NCBI GenBank assembly: GCA_963804995.1
Contig: CAWDSK010000009.1
Span: 224,001 to 288,000 of the forward strand
DNA from: an uncultured Acidobacteriota bacterium
Lineage (GTDB): Bacteria > Acidobacteriota > Terriglobia > UBA7540
Direction of reading: 5' to 3'
DNA length: 64,000 bases
In this document: in pieces, positions 8,326 to 19,021 of the stretch
Layout: every line of letters begins with the position of its first letter
How positions within the stretch are numbered: the stretch's first letter is position 1
Notes under the pieces: generated by a model
Databases searched by the model: none
Told to the model about the DNA's origin: nothing
Seen by the model: only the letters and a program-made list of their open reading frames with translations
Translations under genes and position numbers: made by a program

Positions 8326-9759
8326 CTAATTCGTGCGCCGCCAGATTTTTATAATTGCGTCATCACTGCCGGAGGCAAGATAGCGTCCGTCGCGACTGAT
8401 GGCAACGGTTTCTACAGGTTTGGCATGCTCTGTATAGGAGTGCACCTGCTGGCCCGTGGCCACTTCCCAAATCCGCACGCTGTTATCGTCAACCCCCCCG
8501 GCAAGATACAGTCCGTCGGGGGTGAAGGCCACAGACGTAACGGTTTTGTCCATGCCCGTGAAGGTGTTCACATTCTGGCCCGTCGAGACTTCCCACAGCT
8601 TCAAGGTATTGTCCTCGGCCCCTGTGGCGAGATACCGCCCGGACGGACTGAAGGCCACCGCCCGGACCTCGCTGGTGTGCCCCGTGAGGGTGCGAACTTC
8701 CCGGCCGGTCTGGACATCCCAGAGCTTGATCGTCTTGTCCGCGCTTCCCGTGGCCAGCAGGCGCGAGTCAGGACTAAAGCCGACAGACCAGAGCATGTCC
8801 GAGTGACCCGTTAACGTGTGAATGGCCTGGCCCGAGGCGACATCCCAGATGATTGCCTCGTGGTTCATATCCCCCGAAGCCAGGTAGCGCGAGTCGGGAC
8901 TAAAGGCAACGGGATAAACCGTGCCCTTGTGGCCGGAGAAGGTTTTGACAAGCTGGCCCGAGGGGATGGCCCAGATCTTCACCGTATAGTCCGAACATCC
9001 CGAGGCGAGGTAGCGCCCGTCGGGGCTGATGGAGACGACCATGCCGGGCTTGGAGGGATCAGCGATGTTGAAGACCTGCCGACCCGTGGCCGTTTCCCAG
9101 AGCCGCAGTGTGTAGTCATTTCCGCTGACGGAGGCGAGGTAGCTCCCATCAGGGCTGAATGTGACCGAGGCAACAAAGGCGGTGTGGCCCGCGAGCGTGC
9201 GTTCCACCGCGTAATTGGGCGGACCTACGCTCACCGGAGGCGTTACCGCGCGCGTGCCTGCCTCCAGGTTGGCAGCCACCAAAGCGGAGTGCCCGCCCGC
9301 GATTTCCACAGTCTGCTCGAAGTCGCTGTACCCTTCATGCGAAACCCGGACTTTGTGCTTTCCCGCTGCGAGGCCGGGAAGTTTGAGCAGACCCGCGGAA
9401 CTGGTGCTCCCGGCGCGCACGTCATCCACATACACTTCCGCCGCGCCCGGCGTGGAACGAATTTCCAGCATCGAGGGCGCCCCGGGTTTCCCGGAGATCT
9501 CGCGCAGCGCCTGAATGAGTCGATCGGTGGCGCCGGCCTCGCGCAGGTCACGCTCGATGGCGGGCGATATTTCAAAGGAAATCCCCAGGTCACGAGCCAG
9601 CGATTCCAGCCGCGTGGTAGGGACTTCACCATGGAGGAGGTTGATGATTTCCCCTTCGGTCAGAGGTTCGTGCCGTGTCTGCGCCTGGGCCCGCGGCGCC
9701 AAAAGCACCACTACCGCAAGGAAGGCGTGAGCAACGATAATCCGGGTTGAGTTGGGCAT
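8326..9759 (-). CDS. Secreted PEGA + WD40-repeat protein
   Basis: Signal peptide, PEGA-like segment and about 7 GH...FSPDG..LASGS.D.T.K.W repeats. Confidence 0.9.
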   Translation of the reverse strand: MPNSTRIIVAHAFLAVVVLLAPRAQAQTRHEPLTEGEIINLLHGEVPTTRLESLARDLGISFEISPAIERDLREAGATDRLIQALREISGKPGAPSMLEIRSTPGAAEVYVDDVRAGSTSSAGLLKLPGLAAGKHKVRVSHEGYSDFEQTVEIAGGHSALVAANLEAGTRAVTPPVSVGPPNYAVERTLAGHTAFVASVTFSPDGSYLASVSGNDYTLRLWETATGRQVFNIADPSKPGMVVSISPDGRYLASGCSDYTVKIWAIPSGQLVKTFSGHKGTVYPVAFSPDSRYLASGDMNHEAIIWDVASGQAIHTLTGHSDMLWSVGFSPDSRLLATGSADKTIKLWDVQTGREVRTLTGHTSEVRAVAFSPSGRYLATGAEDNTLKLWEVSTGQNVNTFTGMDKTVTSVAFTPDGLYLAGGVDDNSVRIWEVATGQQVHSYTEHAKPVETVAISRDGRYLASGSDDAIIKIWRRTN

Positions 9760-9868
9760 ATCACTGCTAGGCCAAATGAAAGGCCACTCCGCGGGGGCAA
9801 TATATCGGGCCAAGCGTCAAGAGTCAATGCGCGTGCCGGCGCGTGGCGTTCAACGGTTGCCGGCTTGA

Positions 9869-10007
9869 CCCCCTCACCCGTCCCGCCCCGGCTGATGAAA
9901 ACGCCGGCTGCGGTCCACCCTCTGTCGCCGCGGCGACCGAGGGCTGTAAAATGAACTTAACTCCCCCCTCGGTCGCCGCGGCGACAGAGGGGCCGGGGGT
10001 GAGGGGG
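9869..10007. repeat. Family C palindromic repeat
   Basis: CCCCTCACCCGTCCCGCCCCGGCTGATGAAAACGCCGG...GGGTGAGGGGG. Confidence 0.85.
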
Positions 10008-10072
10008 TTCCAAGGTCGAATCGGGAACCGTCTCCATGCGAAAGCTTACGTGGACGCCATAGGCTCCAGCCC

Positions 10073-11023
10073 TCACCAACTTGCCGCGCTCTTTGCGGAT
10101 TGGTCCGCCAGCGCCATGGCGGCGGCTTTAACGGTTTCGAATTCCTCCGCCGACACATTGGATCCGAAGGGAGGCACGGGGCCGGTGGGAGCGATGCCGG
10201 CGCCTTCGACTGCGGCGTGGAGGACACGCTGCGGCCCCCAGTTATCGCGCAAGTCTTCGAGGGGCAAGAAGTGCGTGCGCAAGACCTCAGCCTTTATGCG
10301 CTCGCCGCGCTCGCAAGCCGTATAGAGACCCTGGCTGAGAGCCGGCGCCACACAACCCGAGCCGGTCGTGAACCCGGGCAGATGCCAGTCAAACATATGC
10401 ACGACCGCGGGCCGCTCGCCGATTCCGGACACCACGCGCCGGCGATCCACGCAGCCCACCAAGTCCGTCAGATACTGATCCTCCAGGGGATCCTCGCGCA
10501 CGATGGCGTACTTGATTCCGCAGCACACGCCGCCCGCCACCAAACGGGCGATGACGTCCAGACCGGCGGAGCGGTTGGCGCCGAAGGTCTGCTCATCCTT
10601 CAGGTAGAGGATCAGCGGTATTCCGGCCGCTTCCGCAAAATCACGCAGGCCACGCTCCAGTCCCACGGCGTCGCGCGGATCGTTACACGGCAGCATCATC
10701 ACGGTAGGGAAACCCAGGCGGCGAACGAGCGGCGCCTGGTCCGCCATCCGCCCGTAAGAGGGACCGGCGCTCGGAATGCACCACAGGTGGTCAGGAAGAG
10801 TCACCAACCATTCGAGAAGCGCCTGATATTCCGCCAGGCTCAGGTGGTAGAGATAGGCGTTGCCACCGTAAAGCACGCGCCTGATCCCCCCCGCAGCGAG
10901 ATGCTCCACGATACGGGCATTGGCACTGAAGTCTATCGTCCTTTGCGCGTCGCTCCGTCGCGCCAAGGGCGGCACGGGGAAGACTCCCCGCAGGTCGTCG
11001 AGAGTAAGGGGTGAGGTACGCAT
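10073..11023 (-). CDS. Dihydrodipicolinate synthase (DHDPS/NAL) family protein
   Basis: GVFPVPPL, YGGNAYLYH, PLILYLK, GIKYA (Schiff-base Lys) and GFTTGSGC motifs. Confidence 0.85.
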   Translation of the reverse strand: MRTSPLTLDDLRGVFPVPPLARRSDAQRTIDFSANARIVEHLAAGGIRRVLYGGNAYLYHLSLAEYQALLEWLVTLPDHLWCIPSAGPSYGRMADQAPLVRRLGFPTVMMLPCNDPRDAVGLERGLRDFAEAAGIPLILYLKDEQTFGANRSAGLDVIARLVAGGVCCGIKYAIVREDPLEDQYLTDLVGCVDRRRVVSGIGERPAVVHMFDWHLPGFTTGSGCVAPALSQGLYTACERGERIKAEVLRTHFLPLEDLRDNWGPQRVLHAAVEGAGIAPTGPVPPFGSNVSAEEFETVKAAAMALADQSAKSAASW

Positions 11024-11201
11024 AGGAGCATAAGCATACACTGGAATTGCCGTTGCGGGTATGAGGAGTAGGGGGTCAGCGCGGAGTTGTGCGCAAGGGG
11101 CACTACTCCGCGGCTCTAAACAGGGTAGCGGATGCCTGCCAGATGGGATTGGGGAAGTAGGGCTTGTTTTCCAAGCGGGTGACGCGAAAACCGGGGCGGC
11201 G

Positions 11202-11396
11202 TTATTCTGCGGCTTTCCTGACGTCCGGGGGTAGGCGGTCCAAAACGAACTGGGAAACGGCCCGTGCCGACGCCTGAGCTTCTTCGGCCACCTGCTGGGT
11301 GGGCCAGAAGGAGTCATCGTATCTCAATTCCACAGCGATGCGGTCACTCTTGGCTTTGCGGAGCAGCCCACGGCAAAGCTCAGCCGCGTCTTTCAT
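11202..11396 (-). pseudogene. HEPN-domain protein, apparently internally deleted (64 aa)
   Basis: N-terminal LRKAKSD joined directly to C-terminal AVELRY; overlaps the stop of the MNT gene. Confidence 0.65.
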
Positions 11397-11706
11397 AAAT
11401 CGTCGTCCCCTCTCGCACGGCGGTGGTTACAAATGCCTGGGGAACTTGACTCCACTCGTCCACCTCCTCCGGCGTGTAGACCATCACTTCCACTTCCACC
11501 GGCAGATCGGCCAAAGCCACATAAAGAGGAATGGAGCGGCGGTATCGCGGCTCATCGGACGGCTTGATCACCAGCACGTCAAAATCGCTGTTCGGCCGGG
11601 CATCACCCCGCGCTTGACTGCCGAACAAAATCACCTTCTCCGGCTGCGCCGCGTCCACAATGCGGCGGACAATATCGCGAATTAAGGCGTCACTTGGGGA
11701 ACTCAT
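11380..11706 (-). CDS. Minimal nucleotidyltransferase (MNT) antitoxin
   Basis: VILFGSQARGDARPNSDFDVLVI motif. Confidence 0.92.
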   Translation of the reverse strand: MSSPSDALIRDIVRRIVDAAQPEKVILFGSQARGDARPNSDFDVLVIKPSDEPRYRRSIPLYVALADLPVEVEVMVYTPEEVDEWSQVPQAFVTTAVREGTTIYERRG

Positions 11707-12083
11707 GTTGCGAAACCTTCTTTGAGTATACCAGAGGTTAGCGGAGGGGGGCTTACGGAAGAAGCGATCGCACAAAAACTCTCGAACGCCAGACGAAAGG
11801 TTTCCGCTTCCTGAGGAGCGTTCTGGAAGTGCTGAGACTGGTCCCGCGATAAGAAAAATCCGGTGTACGTCCGATCAATTGGAGGCATCAGTTCGGGAAG
11901 GACATGATGCAGAGTTTTGCTTCCCCCAACGATCTTACTCCGGCTCGGCTTTCCTGTCCGTCTGCCAATAACTCTGTGGGTTCTGATTTGTTCGGGCCTT
12001 GTGAAGGGAGGATTCGCCTCGTAGTAGGACAGGCATCGTTCAAAGTTCGCAATCAACAGTTCGACTGTAGGCTTTCCCTTCAT
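11703..12083 (-). CDS. Hypothetical protein (possibly a remnant)
   Basis: Strong RBS (GGAGGGG); SKTLHHVLPELMPPIDRTYT motif; overlaps the MNT start. Confidence 0.5.
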   Translation of the reverse strand: MKGKPTVELLIANFERCLSYYEANPPFTRPEQIRTHRVIGRRTGKPSRSKIVGGSKTLHHVLPELMPPIDRTYTGFFLSRDQSQHFQNAPQEAETFRLAFESFCAIASSVSPPPLTSGILKEGFAT

Positions 12084-12108
12084 TGACCCCCCTCCTGGTT
12101 GCACGGCA

Positions 12109-12234
12109 GGCTGGCGCATCAGAGCGAGCCCAGCTCTGCGATCCACGTTTCTGATCATGCGCCCGTTTTGTCGATTTATCGACAGCGTATCGAGTCCGAC
12201 CAAATCGCAGGGCTGCGCTCGCCCTGCGCCAGCC
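12109..12234. repeat. REPIN-like doublet, family A variant (GGCTGGCGCAGGGC..GCCCTGCGAT)
   Basis: Inverted halves at 12109-12142 and 12204-12234. Confidence 0.8.
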
Positions 12235-12359
12235 AGCCGAATACGGGGAGTAGTCAATGGCGCCCCTGCGGCGAGCCCCGTACCATCGGGTAGCGGGGCT
12301 AGCGGGTGCGCGTCTGCTTGCTCGGCGCTGTCGATGGCCGTCGCGGGTTAGCCAGCGCA

Positions 12360-12800
12360 TCAAGTCGGGGGATACCAGCCGCCCGGGGTGTACTTGATTT
12401 CCAGATGAGCCTTGAAGTCCGCCATATTGCGAACCAATTCGTCGATGCTCACATCACCGGACAAGCCTTGACGCCACACTCGTGGGCCGACCGTTCCTAG
12501 GACCAAGTAGTCAGGCGTGGCGGCCGCCGCTTGCCCTGCCGAGGCCTTTATCGCCGACTCAATTTCCGCCTGGTGCACGATCACCGTCTCGCAACTCAGG
12601 CAGAGACGGCACGTCTTGCGCAGAATCAAAAGCCCCGCTCCGTCCACGTGAATGACTAAAGGAATCTTACGTACCCGGGTTTTGGCTTTGCAGCCAGGAC
12701 AACTCGTCGCGCGATAATCCGCGTGGGGATTAAGCGCCAATGAATACCTGGGAGGCAACGCGCCCATGCGAGCTTTCTGTAGTTTGCGAGTCGATGTCAT
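12360..12800 (-). CDS. Hypothetical protein with two CxxC pairs (Zn-ribbon-like)
   Basis: CPGC and CLSC motifs; protein-like composition. Confidence 0.65.
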   Translation of the reverse strand: MTSTRKLQKARMGALPPRYSLALNPHADYRATSCPGCKAKTRVRKIPLVIHVDGAGLLILRKTCRLCLSCETVIVHQAEIESAIKASAGQAAAATPDYLVLGTVGPRVWRQGLSGDVSIDELVRNMADFKAHLEIKYTPGGWYPPT

Positions 12801-12951
12801 GAGCGGGCCTGCCCAGAGGAGCGAGCGCCGTTGTCCGCTTTCAGCTTGCCTGTTCAATCGCTCTGAAGATGTCGAGCGCCTTGTCCAGACCCAGACTGCA
12901 GTTTCTGGCAATCTTCTGCCGGGTTTCCCCGCGGATAACCTTGTTTGTTCA

Positions 12952-14067
12952 TTATTCCACCAGCCGTCGCAGGGTAAGAAATTTGAGCTTTTGCTGTGCC
13001 TCGGTCGTGGCCATCGGAGAGTAGTAATAGTACAGGTTTGCTTCCACCTGGGTGCGAGTACCCTGTGGCACCTGGAAAGTGAAAGTCTCCTTGCGGGTTT
13101 CTCCGGGGGCGAGGCGTGTATCGGACACCACTTTTGCGCCCTTGATGAAGGCTTGGGGCTCGCGCTCGATGGTCGTGCCTTTCGCATCGGCCACCGTACG
13201 ACGGAAGACGCGCTGCTCGTTGAAATGCGCGCCCCCATACGGATCGGCGCGCAGTTCCAGAATCAACTGTCGCATGGGAGAGCCAGTCGGCACGGAGTGC
13301 CCTGCGCCCCGGTTCGTGACCTCCACAACGACCTCCAGGCGCCCGCCCTCGTGCTTGGCGGAAAGCTGCGCGTGCAGGGCTTTCTCCAACTGCTGCATCG
13401 AGTGGCTCCCGGGAATCTGATGGAGATTGATGCCGGCGTCCGCGGTCCTCTGGACGCGTGGGTCCACGACCTGCCCTTGCACCTGGTACATGTGGCACGA
13501 CTGGCAGTTTTGATTCTTCGCGCCGTACTCACTCTTGCTCCATTCGGTATAAGTGGTCAGAACCGGGAACCCCAGCGAGTTGCGGTAATCATGGCACGAC
13601 GCGCAAATCAGCGCCGAAGTGTGCACCGCCGAATAGACCGTCCCGTGAGCGGGGGAAGTCAGGTCTTTCCAGGGGCCGCTCTTCACCAATGAATAGTCCA
13701 CCGTGGCCTTGGGGTTCGGCCCGGTAAGCGTCACGTCTCGAATGGAGTGGCAGTAATCGCAGGTGATGCCTTCCCAACTCACTTTCTTGACCAACGCCAG
13801 ATCACCCGTCGCGACGGCGATGGGGGAATGACAACTGAGGCAGGTCTTGCGGGCCGCGGCGCCATAATCCGTCTCCGCTACCTTCATGGCATCTTGAAAC
13901 AGCCGGCTCTCCACCGCCTGGGAATGGGCGGATTGCTTCCAGCCGTCTTCGATGGCGCGGTGACAATCACCGCAAAACTCGGCGCTGCTGGGGACGGAAA
14001 GTTCCGCAGACCAACCCAGGGATGGAAGAAAGAGCAAAAATGAGATCAGGCAGACCCTGATAGTCAA
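12952..14067 (-). CDS. Periplasmic multiheme c-type cytochrome (5 CxxCH; cytochrome c554-like)
   Basis: Signal peptide; CGDCH, CLSCH, CDYCH, CASCH and CQSCH; AGHSVPTG motif. Confidence 0.9.
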   Translation of the reverse strand: MTIRVCLISFLLFLPSLGWSAELSVPSSAEFCGDCHRAIEDGWKQSAHSQAVESRLFQDAMKVAETDYGAAARKTCLSCHSPIAVATGDLALVKKVSWEGITCDYCHSIRDVTLTGPNPKATVDYSLVKSGPWKDLTSPAHGTVYSAVHTSALICASCHDYRNSLGFPVLTTYTEWSKSEYGAKNQNCQSCHMYQVQGQVVDPRVQRTADAGINLHQIPGSHSMQQLEKALHAQLSAKHEGGRLEVVVEVTNRGAGHSVPTGSPMRQLILELRADPYGGAHFNEQRVFRRTVADAKGTTIEREPQAFIKGAKVVSDTRLAPGETRKETFTFQVPQGTRTQVEANLYYYYSPMATTEAQQKLKFLTLRRLVE

Positions 14068-14373
14068 GCATCACCTCCTGCGAGTTTCGGAGGGACTCGG
14101 CGGTGGACTGGGGCTGGCTTCGGGTCAAACCAACCCGCACGGAGGGCAGATTGTACAACAGTTGTTGTTATAAGCAACTTCTTTTCCGGGTCGCAGCGAC
14201 ATTGTGCCCGTCTCGCTAAGCGAAATGTGATTGGATGAACCTCATCGCATTCCAAGCCGTGAAGGATTACTATCTTTACCGCCGAGGCGCTGAGACGCAG
14301 AGAAGGGCGTGTTGTTTTCAGTTCTCCGCGCCTCTGCGTCTCTGCGGTGAAACGTATGCGATAGGGAGTTGCT

Positions 14374-14769
14374 ATGGCAACCTTAGGATTAATAGAATAC
14401 GCCGACGCCAGTCCGGAAATTCGCGCCGTTTATGACAACATCATGGCGACGCGGCAGACGGATCGCGTCAATAACTTCTGGAAAGCGATTGCCCGCGATC
14501 CTGCCACGCTGCACCGCATCTGGAAAAGCGTGAAGGAGATCATGAGCGCCGGCGCGCTCGACCCGCTCACGAAAGAGATGGTCTATGTGGCGGTGAGTGC
14601 GTCGAACCAGTGCGGATATTGCATCGCCTCGCACACCGTTGCAGCCCGCAAGGCCGGCATGACGGATTCCATGTTTACGGAATTGCTGGCGGTGGTGGGA
14701 TTGGCGAATGAAACCAATCGCCTGGCCAGCGGCTATCAGGTGGAGATCGACGAACAGTTCAAAACATAG
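14374..14769 (+). CDS. Carboxymuconolactone decarboxylase/AhpD family protein
   Basis: KEMVYVAVSASNQCGYCIASH motif. Confidence 0.9.
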   Translation: MATLGLIEYADASPEIRAVYDNIMATRQTDRVNNFWKAIARDPATLHRIWKSVKEIMSAGALDPLTKEMVYVAVSASNQCGYCIASHTVAARKAGMTDSMFTELLAVVGLANETNRLASGYQVEIDEQFKT

Positions 14770-14800
14770 TGCCGCAAATCCCTCGCGGGTCGGGCGCCCA

Positions 14801-16189
14801 TCACACGGCAGGCTTTTCGCCGAAGTGCCGCCAGTGACGTTCAATTGCTTCCAGGGTCTTGCCTTTGGTTTCCGGGACGAAGGCGTAGCAGAATACAAAC
14901 GCCAGCACGCAGATGGCAGCGAAAATCCAGAATGTTCCCGCCGGTCCCGCGGCATGAATCAGCGAGAGAAAGGTTCCCGCCACCAGCCAATTCGCGCCCC
15001 AGACCGACAAGGTCGCAAGTGACATGGCCTTGCCGCGAATCTTGGTGGGATAGATCTCCGAGGCCAGCAACCAAAACACCGGGCCCAGGCCGATGCCGAA
15101 GGAGAGGATGTAGAGAATGACTTCGTAAAACACCACGGTTCCACTGGCATGGTACCTGAACGCTAGGCCCACCAATCCCAGAGCTACGGTCATTCCTGCC
15201 GTACCCAGAAGCAGCAGAAACCGCCGGCCGAGGCGATCCACCAGAACGATAGAAACCACCGTGATCAGGATGTTGGCCACGCCGATGATCCCGGCCGCCA
15301 GGATGGCAGCCTTTTCCGAGGGGTAACCTGACATGCGCAAGATCGCCGGCGAGTAGTAAATAATCGTATTAATGCCGGTAATCTGCGTGAAGATGGCCAG
15401 CACCACCCCGACGAATATTGCCACGCGAAACCCCGGGCGGAAGAGGCTGCCAAAACCTTCCTCCTCCTCCTGTAGGGCGCCCTCAACCTCCGCCAATTCC
15501 GTTTCGGCTTCGTCGCCGCGACCCAGCCGCCGGAAGTTTTCAAGGGCGCGCTCCCTGAATCCCTGGCGGGCCAGCCAGCGCGGGCTTTCCGGCAGGAAAA
15601 TCATTCCGATGAGCAGAATGATGGCTGGCATTACGGCGCTTATGAACATCCAGCGCCAATTATGGCTACCCGCCAATGCGTAATCGACGAAGTAAGCCAC
15701 GCCAATGCCCACTGTGATGGCCAATTGATTGAGTGACACCAGCGCCCCGCGAATTCGCGCCGGAGCCATTTCCGAGATATACAGCGGCACCACGAGTGAG
15801 GCGATTCCGATGCAAGCCCCCACAAAGAAGCGCGCTACCGAAAACGAAATGAGGCCCACGGCCAGTCCACTGAGCACCGCAAACAGGCCGAAGCCGAGAG
15901 CCGTCACCAGCAGCATCCAACGACGGCCCCAACGGTCCGTGCAGTAACCCGCCAGCGCCGATCCCACCAGCGCGCCCGCCAGCGCCGCGCCTACTGCAAA
16001 CTCCAGTTGCACGTCTGTCAGGTGGAAATCCGTTTGCAGGAAAAGCATCGCGCCGGAGATGACGCTGGTGTCAAATCCGAAAAGCAAACCACCCAGCGCC
16101 GCAACCCCTGCCGTAAGGATGACAATGGCACGGCTGGACGTGGTGCCGGGGATTTTACTTCCCATATCCAAAGTTGTGGGTTGATCCAT
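14801..16189 (-). CDS. Sugar porter family MFS transporter
   Basis: GGLLFGFDT, DRWGRR, YISEMAPARIRG, PESPRWL and PETKG motifs. Confidence 0.95.
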   Translation of the reverse strand: MDQPTTLDMGSKIPGTTSSRAIVILTAGVAALGGLLFGFDTSVISGAMLFLQTDFHLTDVQLEFAVGAALAGALVGSALAGYCTDRWGRRWMLLVTALGFGLFAVLSGLAVGLISFSVARFFVGACIGIASLVVPLYISEMAPARIRGALVSLNQLAITVGIGVAYFVDYALAGSHNWRWMFISAVMPAIILLIGMIFLPESPRWLARQGFRERALENFRRLGRGDEAETELAEVEGALQEEEEGFGSLFRPGFRVAIFVGVVLAIFTQITGINTIIYYSPAILRMSGYPSEKAAILAAGIIGVANILITVVSIVLVDRLGRRFLLLLGTAGMTVALGLVGLAFRYHASGTVVFYEVILYILSFGIGLGPVFWLLASEIYPTKIRGKAMSLATLSVWGANWLVAGTFLSLIHAAGPAGTFWIFAAICVLAFVFCYAFVPETKGKTLEAIERHWRHFGEKPAV

Positions 16190-16190
16190 A

Positions 16191-17088
16191 TTATTGAGCC
16201 AGAACTCCGTGCTGCTTGAGGAAGGCGAAAATGGCCTCCTGAACCTTCAATTGTTGTTCCGTTGTCCAGCCGCCGTGTCTTCCCCCCGGGACGGTATAAA
16301 GTTGATTCGGCACACCCGCGGCCGTAAGCGCTTGGTGCAGCCGGACTCCATGCTGATAAGGGACGGTGGGGTCGGAATCGCCCTGCGCTGTGAAAATCGG
16401 GGGCAGCCCGGGGCGTACGTAAGTCAGGGGAGACAGTTGCTTGGCTAATTCGAATCGGTCCCGCAAGCTGCCCAGCCACATGACAGCGTAATCCTTCTCA
16501 TTGGGCCCGGTGAGCAGGTCCGAGACATCGGTGATGCCATAGTAATTGACAATGGCGGCCACCTGGAGTTTCTCGGGGCCGGGGCATTCATTGTCGAAGC
16601 CGGCCTCCGGAGTCAACATGCCGGTCATAAGGCTCAAGTGGCCTCCCGCGGAGCCCCCATTCACCACAAGGTGGTTCAGATCGAACCCGTAATCCTTGGC
16701 ATGCTGGTAAACCCAGCGCAGCGCGCAACGGCAATCTTCCACCGCCGCGGGGGCGAGGGAGACGGAAGCCAAACGATATTCAACGTTGACCACGTCCATT
16801 CCTTCTGCCAGGAACGGAAGCGTGCGCAGGCTTGAGCCCTCTTTGCTTCCACCCACCCAGCCGCCACCGTGAATGTATATCAAGGTTGGGCGGGGTCGGA
16901 ACTTATCGGCCGCCGAGACGACGTTCCAGCTTGCATTCGAATTGGTTCGCTTTCTTGTAAACGATGTCGGGATGGATTTGGTATTCCACTCCCGTCTGAG
17001 TCGCCCACTTGGCCTCCGGGGAAAGTTGTTGCGCCCGCACCGGGATGCTCATAAAACCCAGCAGCGCAAGAAGTGCAAGTTTTCTCAT
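16191..17088 (-). CDS. Secreted alpha/beta hydrolase (esterase), apparent frameshift at about 16925
   Basis: Signal peptide MRKLALL..; removing one base gives KLDVVSAA..PTLIYIHGGGW; GGSAGG nucleophile elbow; D and H of the catalytic triad. Confidence 0.85.
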
Positions 17089-17224
17089 TCGTCCCTCCTT
17101 GGAAGACTGACTGCTTGAAGATGGCGTATGACGATCCCCGATAGTCGATATGCAGTACAAACTTGTCCTAGTAGGGTGACGGCTTGCCGTCACCTTGTTG
17201 CACATTGCCTCGGAACCCATGTAT

Positions 17225-17833
17225 TTATTTCAACGCTTGGATGATCCTCTGGAATGCCACCATTCCGGGATCGTCTTTTCCGACGCTCTTCTCGCCGAAG
17301 ATCCGCGCCCGTCCCTGACGCGCCGGCTGGTTGCGAAACCGGTCAAGGCATTCGACCACGGCACGGTCAGCGGCCACGGCCAGCGCTGCGGGATCGTCCA
17401 GCCCCTGGGTGGCAGCGCGAACCGCCTCGATGGCATCGAGCACCGTCTTTTCGCCGAGTTGCCCGCCGCTGCGTTGGGCCATCGCCTGCAAGGCATTCCC
17501 CAATAGCGATGAGACCTCTCGCCACGGGACCTCTGTCCGCCCCTTGGTGGCTTTCGCGGCGTTCATCAATCCTGTCGCCAGCAGCGTGCCGTATGTCGAC
17601 CCCGAGAGTTTGGTGAAGGCCTGTGCGCATTTCATCAACGCCAGGCCGAGGTCGTCAGGCAAGTTGGGCAATTCGGCCTGGACAGCGCGCGCTCCCCGCA
17701 CCATGGTCACACCCAGGTCGCCGTCGCCAAGTTGGGCGTCGAGGGAATTCAATTCATCGGCACAGGCTTCGAGCTTCTGGATAATACGCTCAAGGGCTGC
17801 GCGCAAGACTGGAGTTGTCAGAGTCGTGGTCAC
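17225..17833 (-). CDS. dhaL: Dihydroxyacetone kinase-like subunit DhaL (DAK2 domain)
   Basis: LDAQLGDGDLG, GEKTVLDA, GRARIFGE and DPG motifs; GTGA overlap with dhaK. Confidence 0.9.
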   Translation of the reverse strand: MTTTLTTPVLRAALERIIQKLEACADELNSLDAQLGDGDLGVTMVRGARAVQAELPNLPDDLGLALMKCAQAFTKLSGSTYGTLLATGLMNAAKATKGRTEVPWREVSSLLGNALQAMAQRSGGQLGEKTVLDAIEAVRAATQGLDDPAALAVAADRAVVECLDRFRNQPARQGRARIFGEKSVGKDDPGMVAFQRIIQALK

Positions 17834-18834
17834 GTCAGAATCCTCATGAACGGGCAATCGCAGGGAGCTTTCAACAGGGCTTCCAGTTCGTTGTCAAGCT
17901 TGCAGAACGTCAGCGACATCCCGGCCATTTCCATCGAGGTCGCATAGCGGCCCACCAGCGGCATGACGATTTCGACACCCAGTCCCGCGAGCTTTCTTGC
18001 CACGTAGCGATATACGATGTAAAGCTCTTCCGGCGGAGTTGCGCCCAGACTGTTAACGAGTATGGAAAGGCGGTCTCCGGCCTGCAAAGGCATATCGGCT
18101 AGCAGGAGCGAAAGCATTTCTTCGGCGATGGCATCCGCGGGCTTCAATGGCCCGCGGCGCACCCCGGGCTCGCCGTGAATTCCCATGCCGATTTCCATTT
18201 CCGTCTCGCTGATTTCGAAGGTCGGGCGCCCCACGGCGGGAACGGTGCAGGGGGTGAGGGCGACGCCTATGGAGCGGCAGGCATCCACGGCTTTTTGCGC
18301 CACGGCCGTCACCTCGTCAAGCGTGGCGCGCTGGTCAGCCTTGGCGCCCGTGATTTTGTACGCGTACACCAGACCCGCGACGCCACGGCGTTTCTGGCGC
18401 TCGGCAAGCGGGGCGCTCGCCACGTCGTCGGCCACGCGCACCGTCGTCGTGCGGATGTCCTCCATCTCCACCATCTCACCCGCCATATCGAAATTCATGT
18501 TGTCGCCGCCGTAGTTGCCGTACAAACGCAGCACTCCAGCCCCACCGTGGGCGGCGCGGATGGCCTCCGCCACCTGGTCCACGGCCGGGGATGAAAACAC
18601 GTCGCCAATCGCGCAGGCATCCAGCAATCCTTTGCCGACGTAGCCTGTAAACACCGGCAAGTGTCCCGACCCGCCGCCGGAGACGATTCCCACTTTGCCT
18701 TTCACGGGCCCATCGGCGCGCACGATCACGCGGCCCGCCGTGCCCGTTTGTTTGTAATACTGCGGATGCGCCAGGCACAGTCCTTCCAGCATCTCGTCGA
18801 CATATGCAAAAGGTTGATTGAGGATCTTCTTCAT
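17830..18834 (-). CDS. dhaK: Dihydroxyacetone kinase-like subunit DhaK (DAK1 domain)
   Basis: SGGGSGHLP, NYGGD.MNF, RRGVAG and GMGIHGEPG motifs. Confidence 0.93.
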   Translation of the reverse strand: MKKILNQPFAYVDEMLEGLCLAHPQYYKQTGTAGRVIVRADGPVKGKVGIVSGGGSGHLPVFTGYVGKGLLDACAIGDVFSSPAVDQVAEAIRAAHGGAGVLRLYGNYGGDNMNFDMAGEMVEMEDIRTTTVRVADDVASAPLAERQKRRGVAGLVYAYKITGAKADQRATLDEVTAVAQKAVDACRSIGVALTPCTVPAVGRPTFEISETEMEIGMGIHGEPGVRRGPLKPADAIAEEMLSLLLADMPLQAGDRLSILVNSLGATPPEELYIVYRYVARKLAGLGVEIVMPLVGRYATSMEMAGMSLTFCKLDNELEALLKAPCDCPFMRILT

Positions 18835-19021
18835 AAATTCCTCCGCGCGCAGAGTCTCGAATTTCCCCCATGAGGAGAAATCGATGTGTTACCTATCCGG
18901 GTTCCAAAGAGTGTGGAGTATACACCAGCACGTTGGGGGTGTGGGGAGCGTTCCGGTGAAAGCGGAAGTCTGCTTAATCGTGCGAAAACACGTGGCGCGA
19001 GGGTTGGCGCTTCTTTCCGCA

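Noticed and set aside
12297..12354. GGCTAAC just after the stop of 12360-12800 (possible attC)
   Set aside because: The partner box is degenerate (GCTAGCC), and I could not see convincing internal pairing.
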